Assembly: GCF_009914755.1 (NCBI RefSeq)
Contig: NC_060938.1
Origin: the human T2T-CHM13v2.0 reference genome, Homo sapiens
Reading direction: 5' to 3' (one strand)
Length of the DNA stretch: 64,000 nucleotides
In this document: positions 55,800-64,000 of the stretch, in pieces
Layout of the letters: each line of letters starts with the position of its first letter
Position numbering within the stretch: the stretch's first letter is position 1
Notes under the pieces: model-generated
The model's database searches: none
Told to the model about the DNA's origin: nothing
The model's input: the letters and a program-made list of their open reading frames with translations, nothing else
Translations under genes and position numbers: made by a program

Positions 55800-56110
55800 A
55801 AGCACAGGTCTCAGTTCCGATGCTGACTCCTGTAGGACATCCTTTCTTCAGGAGGCCACTCCCCTATTTCCCTCCCCCACACCCTCAGTTACTCTCCCAC
55901 ACATCCTCTGTTTATCTCATTCAGAGAACAGGTCCCACTGAAGTGGCCTCTCATTGTCATTTATGTATTGGTTTAGGGTCTGTCTGCCCACTAGGAACAG
56001 AAGCTCCATACAGGGAAGGACTGTGCCTGCGTTGTTTACCACTGTACCCCCAGCAACGAGCATAGCCTGGCCCTTAGTAGGTGCTTAGCAAATATTTACT
56101 GAATGAGTGA
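55800..56110 (+). mobile_element. L2 3' end
   Basis: 'ctaggaacagaagctccatacagggaagga..gcctggcccttagtaggtgcttagcaaatatttactgaatgagtgaa'. Confidence 0.75.
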
Positions 56111-56659
56111 AAGAGCACATGGTGGCTGGAGAGGAGCAAAATGAGTCAAAGAGCCCCAGAGGCTTGGAACTGTCAGATCCAGTGCTTGGATGTGTAATGG
56201 AGCTGTAAGGAACCACCTCCTTATTCCTAGGCTTCTAGAAATATCCACTCCTATCCCGAGGCCTGCCACAGGAATGGGCCTGTGCAGCTATCTCAGTTAC
56301 CAGGTGACCTCATTCCCTTGGGCCAGCCAGATACTGTCTGCTGGGCATTTTAGGGTTATGACATGGAAATGCTGATTCCATTGGCTGTTGGGAGACATTT
56401 GCAAGTTCATGGATGTGTCTGGGCCAGGGTTGGACCACAATCAGCCAGAACCAGGTGTCAGCTGAGGTCACAGGGGTGCGGGAACCGAAAGCCCAGCAGA
56501 GGAAGCCAGTCTGCGGAGAGAAGCAGAGATGAGAAGCGGGCGGATTTGTGGAGCAAGAGGAGTGAGCACAAGTCCAAGAGAGAGAGGGAGGATAGAAGGG
56601 AGAGATAACAGCAGTATTGGCCTGGCCTCTCATCCCTCATAGGGAAGGCATCAGCTCGG

Positions 56660-56800
56660 AAGAACATGCCTGGTTTTGAATCCTGGCTCCACCTCTTATT
56701 AACTGGATGACTTTGGGCCAATTCCATGACTTCATGGAAGTCAGTGTCTTCATCTGTGAAACGGGGATAAAATGTTTCTTACAAGGACCTCATGAGGTCT
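56660..56800 (+). mobile_element. MIR SINE
   Basis: 'cctggttttgaatcctggctccacctctta..tgactttgggc..cagtgtcttcatctgtgaaacggggataa'. Confidence 0.8.
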
Positions 56801-58792
56801 CACGATCTGATCTGAGGTCCACCCCCATCTCCGGTACTGCTTCTGTTTTTGTAGAATGTTCTGGGGAGCGTGGACCAGGGGGATTTGCTGCCTGCAGAAG
56901 CTCTCTCTGGCATGAGGCTGCCAACCTGTTTCACTCTGCGAGTGAGTTTCAGCAGGAAGGAGGATGCACACAGCTGTGGAGTGGAGGCCATTCATAGAAC
57001 ACGGACTATCAACTTCCTGTCACAGGCCATGGACACAGCCATGAGCCTCACTGTTGGGGGTTTGGATGAGCCCAGGCCCAGGCTAGATCCTGGCCTCCAA
57101 CCCACTCACTAGGAATCTGTTAATAAGGGCCCAGACACTCAGCTGCCAGCGGTGTGGAGCTCTGAGTTGAGAGAACCCGATTCTGCTGCAGGGCTACCCT
57201 GGGTCCGGAATTGTGAAAATTCTGCATGGCAGTCAGATGTCCTTCCCCGCATAAGGTTTGTGTCTTTCGCCAGCCTCCTTATTCTTTAAAGATTGAGAGA
57301 GGAAGGAGAGAGGGATGAAAGGAGAGAGAGGAGAGGGGAAGAATAGAAGGTGGAAATGCTGGGGTTGCAGTATGCATATTTTACAACATTTTAGGTCACT
57401 TTTTTTGGCTCAAAATAGAGTTTGCACTGAATGATGTTGGCCTAGACTGAAACAAATTGGACAGAACAACCCAGGCTACTGGTTGTTCTTCATATTTTGT
57501 CACTGGTGGTCCCTGGATTGGTGACATCTGTCTTCCTGTCCAGAATCAGAAAATCACTGAGTCTCAGGGTTTCAAGTGACCTCACAAACCATTGCCAAAG
57601 ACCAGGTGCCAATCTCACGGGAAGGTTTTTCTTTCGGTGGAACTGGAATCTCCCTCTCTGAAGCAGCACCCATTCAGATCCTTTCTCCTTCAGGCCCCAA
57701 TTTCCCTGCTTCTTTAACCCATTGGGTTCTGATAAGATGCTAAGGACACCCCTTAGTCCCTGGCTCCTTCTTCCCTGCACGCCCGCCTGGCTATTACACT
57801 GATGAAGACAGGCTAGGCTGAGCTGCCCTCACAGGAGCCCCAAAGCCACAGTGGCTGACCTAGATAAGGACACATTTCTTGCCTGTGCTACCCCTCCCTG
57901 GTAGGGGGTGCTGCATCATTTTCACCATGGGGTTCAGGTTGAGGGAGGGGACCCAGCCTGGGACTTCACCAGTCCTTAGGAGGGAAGGAAAAGAGAACTC
58001 AGTGGAGCTGTGAGATGACTCTCAAGGATTCTGTTTGTAAGCGGCCTACAGCCATCCTGCCCACGTGTGATCAACACAGTCAGTCACACGGCTGCACCTG
58101 AATCTAACAGGGTGGGGGAAAGCATTGTCCTCTCTTGTCTTCTGCGTCTCATGCCTTTAATGCAAGAATCCCATAACGGAGACCCTTCACCCTGTTAAAA
58201 GCTAATTACAGCATCAAGTTAAGTTGAACCGTTTCCTTCGATGAATGCAATAGTAGTATTTGTTAGTATTTTGGGAAGCCTCATAGCCTTGCTGTGCCCA
58301 CAGTTATAACTGGAGGTGCCAATATGTCATTTCCTAAGCTGTGACTCTTCCCTCACTCTCATCCCCTTATCGTTCACCAATCTTCCACTTCAGGTCTCAC
58401 CTTCAATGTCACTTCTTCCAAGAAGCCCTCTTGGCCTCTACACAGTTAGTACTTCTGGTCTCGCTCTCTGTAATTCTTCTTCAAGGCTAAGCACTTGGCC
58501 AACACCCATTTTTTGGCCAGACTAAGGAAGGAAACAGTGTCTGTCTGGTTCAGTGCAATTCCCCCCTGATCATAAGATGAGGCTTAATATATCAAAGGCA
58601 CTCAAAAAATATTGTTTGAATGAGTAGACAGCTCAAAACATGAACACATAACTCATTCTCAAAGGATATTATTTTCTTATGATGTGTTTTAAACAAACAA
58701 AAAAAAGGAACTTTAAATTTCTGTACCCAAACCCTGATGGGCTCTGAGATTTGCCTGTCGTTTTGTGTATTTCAATCCCCTAAATTAGGGAT

Positions 58793-58850
58793 TGTGGAAA
58801 GACTGGCCAGGTAAGTTACTGTTCAGATCAGGACCATTTGTGAGAGTGAA

Positions 58851-58895
<45 letters not shown>

Positions 58896-58956
58896 GGGGG
58901 GAGGGCAGGGAGGTCTGGGGGGTGGAGCTTATCACTAATGCCACCCTCTGGGACAA
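58793..58956 (+). repeat. Copy 1 of a ~163-bp (TG)n-containing direct duplication (partner 61026-61186)
   Basis: First 62 nt differ at 3 positions; similarity continues past the (TG)n. Confidence 0.95.
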
Positions 58957-59986
58957 ATCACACAGAACTTGCAAGGTGGAAAACAACACACACACGTACA
59001 CACACCCTTTCAAGAGTTGTCCAGGCCTATTTTTCTTTTACTGTACCCCAAACTCCCTTGAGCCTTTTGTTTTATGAATTGGGCCCTTCTATTTTACAGC
59101 CAGCACCATTTGCACTTACTGCAGAGCTGTATTATGGCCAAAGACTCTTTTTATTTTTTTTTATTTCTTATAGTCCTGGAACATGGCCCCCTGGAGAATG
59201 TCACTTCACAAAGCAATGGCCAGTAAACTTGGCTCATGCGTCAGCGAAACACTTCCAACGAAAGTGCATCAACTTCTGTTCTTACACATTGTCGTCTTTC
59301 ACCTTAACAAGCACACCCCAAAAAAAGTCCTCTGGTTTCTACGGCTTGTTAGGTCTATCATCTTTTTAATTAATAGTGTTTTTACGAAGCCGTCTGAACT
59401 GTGTCATTTCCATTATCAGAAACGCATTGCCATTAATGAATAATTTTCATTTCTGATCCCTGGTATCATGCTAGTTGATCTCCTGTTTCCATGCCTTCAA
59501 ATGATAGCATCGTTTTCTGCCCACGATCAAATTTAATTTGGACTCTGATTATATTATGCTGTTGCGACTGAAGTGTCAATTTTTGTCAGGCAATTAGGAG
59601 CTATAACCTGTGAAGTTAAGTTTGATAGGCATTGTAATTGGATTGTTACAGTAATAGCCTGGAACGTTCCTTTTCCTCTTGCTTCTTTGATTCTTGATGC
59701 ATACTCTCATCGTGAGAACAAAGACATTTGGTTATTATACAACCTTAGGATGTTTGAGACAACAAGATCACAAGTTGAAGTTTTTGCAGTGGAGTGGGCT
59801 TCGATGTAACTCGAAGTGTGGGACGTTGAAAGTTTGAGAGATTTGGAAAAAATTAGAACAAAGGGAAAGAAGTATCACAGAAAGCATTGTGTAAGAAGAA
59901 GTTAACAGGTCCCCGAAGTTCACTTCAAGATTCCAGATAAGTTGCAAACAAAGATGAATCACAAATAGCTTAGAGTCACCTGAGAG

Positions 59987-60221
59987 TTCCTCTCTTCCTC
60001 CCTCCCTCCCTCCCTTCCTCACTCTCTCCCTCCTTCCCTCCTTCCTTCCTTCCTTCCCTCCTTCCTTCTTTCCTTCCTTCCTTCCTTCCTTCCTTCCTTC
60101 CTTCCTTCCTTCCTTCCTTCCTTCCTTCCTTCCTTCCTTTCTTCCTTCCCTCTCTCCCTCTCTCCTTTCCTCCTCTCCTCCCATTATTCCTTTCTCCCTC
60201 CCCCTTTCTTTTCTTTCCCTC
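59987..60221. repeat. (CCTT)n polypyrimidine tract
   Basis: Directly visible. Confidence 0.97.
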
Positions 60222-60524
60222 ATTTCTACTAATTTATTGACACTGGACTAAATACATTAAATATTGTCATGGAAAAGACAAGCCCTCTATCCTCGTGTGG
60301 TTCATGGTATAATAGGGGAGAGATGGAAAATGTCACATCAACAGAATGATGTGACGAGATCCTTTAACAGAATACCTGCGTGTATCAGCAGATTCTCACT
60401 TGAAGAATGGGAGCTTGCCTGCAATGGGGAGGAGAGGAGAGGAGAGTGGTGCAGTGTGTGGGCACAGCTTTTGCAGAGACCTGGGCACAGCAAGGATTTG
60501 GGGCCATGAGGGAGTGGCGAGAAG

Positions 60525-60722
60525 TGCAGCAGGATGGGTGCCTGTGATGCAGCAGGATGGGCGCCTGTGAAGCCTGTGATGCAGGATGAGCACCTGTGAT
60601 GCAGCAGGATGGGCGCCTGTGATGCCTGTGATGCAGGATGAGCACCTGTGTTGCAGCAGGATGAGCGCTTGTGATGCCTGTGATGCAGGATGAGCACCTG
60701 TGTTGCAGCAGGATGGGCTCCT
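60525..60722. repeat. Minisatellite with a 52-bp higher-order period (23+9+20-nt subunits)
   Basis: Unit starts cctgtg at 60541, 60593, 60645 and 60697. Confidence 0.95.
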
Positions 60723-61025
60723 AGCTGCCCGGGTGGCAGGAGGTGGGGCTGGAAGGAAGTGGGGCAGATCACAGGGAAGGGGGAAGCTGGCCCAGGCATC
60801 TGGATTTTATCCCAAAGCTCATGAATGTTAAAAGGCAGGTCCGAGGGTACCCTGGAGGACTTCCATAGCATCTTTATCAGGCCTGATGCCATGGCCCCTA
60901 AAACTCATTTGCTTTATTGCTACCCGAATACCCTTTACAAATGCAAATCCGAGCAATGAGCACACTGCCTGCAACCCTCAGGGATCCCGACTCTTACAGT
61001 GAAGACAGAGCTCTTCAATACACCC

Positions 61026-61081
61026 TGTGGAAAGGCTGGCCAGGTAAGTTACTGTTCAAATCAGGACCATTTGTGGGAGTG

Positions 61082-61126
<45 letters not shown>

Positions 61127-61186
61127 GGGGGGATGGCAGGGATCTTTAGGGGGTGGAGCTTATTACTAATGCCTCCTCTGGGACAA
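61026..61186 (+). repeat. Copy 2 of the (TG)n-containing direct duplication
   Basis: As for copy 1. Confidence 0.95.
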
Positions 61187-61990
61187 CAGGTGTCCTTGAG
61201 GACTGCCCCAGGAAAACCAGGAGGTGGGGCTTGTATCCTTAAGGCCCACATGGTCCGCCTGCGGCCTCTTTTTTTCACCCCTTCTCCCATTTGTCTCCTC
61301 CCCAGCTCTCAGCTGGCCAGCAGCACTGAGTTTCTTTTTAGTTCCTCCTACCCCCTGAAAGCTCTCTCTTGCCACAGGGCCTTTGCACATGCTGTTTTTG
61401 CTGCCTGAACCTTGGCCCTGTAGCCTCCCATTCATGCCCAGGCTTTCTGGCCACCTGGCTTCCAAGAAGGGAAAGGAGGTTAGGTTTTTCTTCCCACTCC
61501 TTCTATCTTTGCATCTTTTGCAAGAGCTGCATCCTTCACAACTTGGGTCCTACCTGATGTCTCCTCCTGTACAGTTTGCCTCCAGTTTCCTGCTCTTGTC
61601 CCTTCAGTCCTAGGGGTGACAACCACTCCCTGATGCTTCCTGTCTCTGAGCCCTTGCCATCCTATCTTTGTCCTCTTAACCCTGCTCACCTCTGTTAAGA
61701 GTCTTTTCATTAAAGATTCTTCATTTGAACCATCTGTGGCAAATTCTGCTTCCTGCTGGGACCCTGACTACGATGGTGCCTAAAACAAACTGCTGGAGGA
61801 GGAGAGAGGTGGGAGCAGAGACTCCCTTCTGGGATAGACCAGGAGGAGCTGACGCTTGTCTCCAAATACAAGAAAGACGTCGGCAGGCAGAGAGGGCTGG
61901 GAGAGCAGCTTTCAGGCATAGAGAACAGCATCAGACCAAGATGTGGAGGCAAGAGGAGGGTGGGCTTGTGGGCTAGCAAGGAGTCCAGTG

Positions 61991-62162
61991 TCTTCCTTCC
62001 TTCCTCCTTCCCTCCCTCCCTCCCTCTCCTTTCTTTCCTCTCTCTCTCACTCCCTCCTTTGTTTCTTCCTTTCCTTCTTTTTCTTTCTCCCCTCCTTCCT
62101 TCCTTTTTTGCTTCTTCCCTCCCTTCCTCCCTCCCTTCCTCCCTCCTTCCTTTCTTCCTCTC
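61991..62162. repeat. CT-rich low-complexity tract at an L2 tail
   Basis: Directly visible. Confidence 0.95.
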
Positions 62163-63190
62163 AGCACATACTCCTGGAGCATATACCCCGCTCTGTGCCA
62201 GGCACTGTTCTAAGCACTGCATAAATAGCAGCAAACAGACAACTTTTCTGCCCTCATGGATGTTCCATTCTCATGGGGGAAGACTGTTAACAAGCAATGG
62301 ATGCATTTACACTATGACAAGTGTGTATAATATGACAGTGGAGGAAAATAAAGCCAAACAAGAGAACCACCAATGTGGCATGAGTGATTGGAGGTGTTAT
62401 TTTACTGGGGGCTTCTCTGATAAGGTGATAGTTGAATGGAGTTCAGAAGGAAGTAAGGGAAAACGTCATTCCAGGCAGAGGGAAGGGCAGGTGCAAAGAC
62501 CCGAGGCAGGCGATTGCTTGCTGTGTTCAAGAACAGTCAAGAAGCCAGAGTGGCTGGAGCAGGAGGAAAGAAGGCTAGAGTGATGGGGGCTGCTGTCAGA
62601 GGTTGAGGTGCAGACTGCGTTTGGTCATAGGAGCTGCTGTCATGAATTGGTGTTTACCCTGAGCTGGGAAGCTAAAGTAGGTTTGTAAGGAGGCAAATGA
62701 CATCAGCTGGTTGCCAAATGAAAACAGTTTGCGAGGCAAGGGACAGGCGGGACCATTATGTAGGGTGTGGCTTCAATGGTCCCAGTGACTGAGTGTGGTG
62801 GCAGAGGTGATAGCAAGGGTGTCAAATTCTGAATGTATGTTCAAGGCAGAGCCGGAGACTCCGCTGAGTGATTGTGTGTGAATCATGGGGAAGGGAGTGA
62901 GATCCATCAAGGATGACACCAAGGTTTTTGTCTTTAGAGTGCCATTTACAGAGATGAGAAAGACTGAACAAGTTTTTTTTTCATTTTATTTGTTTGCATT
63001 GTTTGAAGATCTGGATTTCTGTTTCATTCGTATTTAATTTAAGCTTCCTTTTATGCAGCCAAGTGATGGTGTTGAGGAGGTAGCTGGATTTAAGGATCTG
63101 AGGTCATGGGAGATTCAAAATTGGGAGTCATCTCTAAAGAGATAGTATCTAAGGACATAGCTTCGAAGGAGATTACCTGGGGAAAAATAT
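62163..63190 (-). mobile_element. L2 (about 1 kb of the 3' portion)
   Basis: 'tgtgccaggcactgttctaagcactg', 'ttccaggcagagggaagggcaggtgcaaagac', 'caaggatgacaccaaggttttt'. Confidence 0.85.
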
Positions 63191-63677
63191 AAAACAGGGA
63201 AGAAGTGGCTCCTAGGACCATTCAATGTAGCCTAAGTGTCATATGACTGGGGAGTGCCTACATTGATATTTCTCTCCTCTGGACTGCAATTTTTCAGCCT
63301 GTTTGCACCGCTGACTGTGACTTTAGTAAAAACTGCATTCCTTATTATACCTGTCTTGGTATCACCCTGCATACCCAGTGCCTAGCACAGAGGCCTGCCT
63401 CGAGTAGATGCTCAATTGTTGAGTGAGTCACTGAATGAATGCATTGATAATAGGAATGAATGAATGAGGCATATGTTGACTTTCCGATGTCACTTGTGAG
63501 CACATTAAGGGCAGTGGAAAAGACATCCTAAGCAGCTTGTGCCCCAGTTGGGAAGCATCAGCTAGTAAGAAGAAGGACCTAGTTTCAAATCCCATTTCTG
63601 CTACTTCCTGGCTGTGCCACCTTGGGCAGTGCATGCCACCTCACTGACTTTAGTTTCTCTGTTTGTAAAACAAGGTC

Positions 63678-64000
<323 letters not shown>

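Noticed and set aside
60525-60722. Repeat array superficially like CRISPR
   Set aside because: No unique spacers, no cas genes, mammalian context; it is a minisatellite
59768-62583. Arg/Glu/Gly/Lys-rich and Ser/Leu/Pro/Phe-rich ORFs of 150-207 aa
   Set aside because: Translations of (CCTT)n and CT-rich tracts, the minisatellite and L2 sequence

Overview
Primate (very probably human) non-coding genomic DNA, intergenic or deep intronic. The assignment rests on Alu (J/S/Y), THE1, L1P/L1M, MLT1, MIR, L2 and hAT-MER fossils, all recognised by eye. I find no credible protein-coding gene, RNA gene, CpG-island promoter or CRISPR array; the listed ORFs are short and explained by repeats, low complexity or chance, and I cannot name the locus. 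The non-TE signals worth following up are: (1) an ungapped 188-bp inverted duplication (9213-9400 / 10337-10524, 25 mismatches) carrying homeodomain, SOX and GATA-type motifs; (2) three short local direct duplications 1.3-2.4 kb apart, plus two fold-back palindromes, suggesting repeated local templated copying; (3) an ~860-bp degenerate CAC/CAT repeat and a 52-bp higher-order minisatellite; (4) several AT-rich blocks without recognisable TEs that look like developmental enhancers. Nothing here demonstrates a new biological system. TE subfamily names and fuzzy boundaries are approximate.
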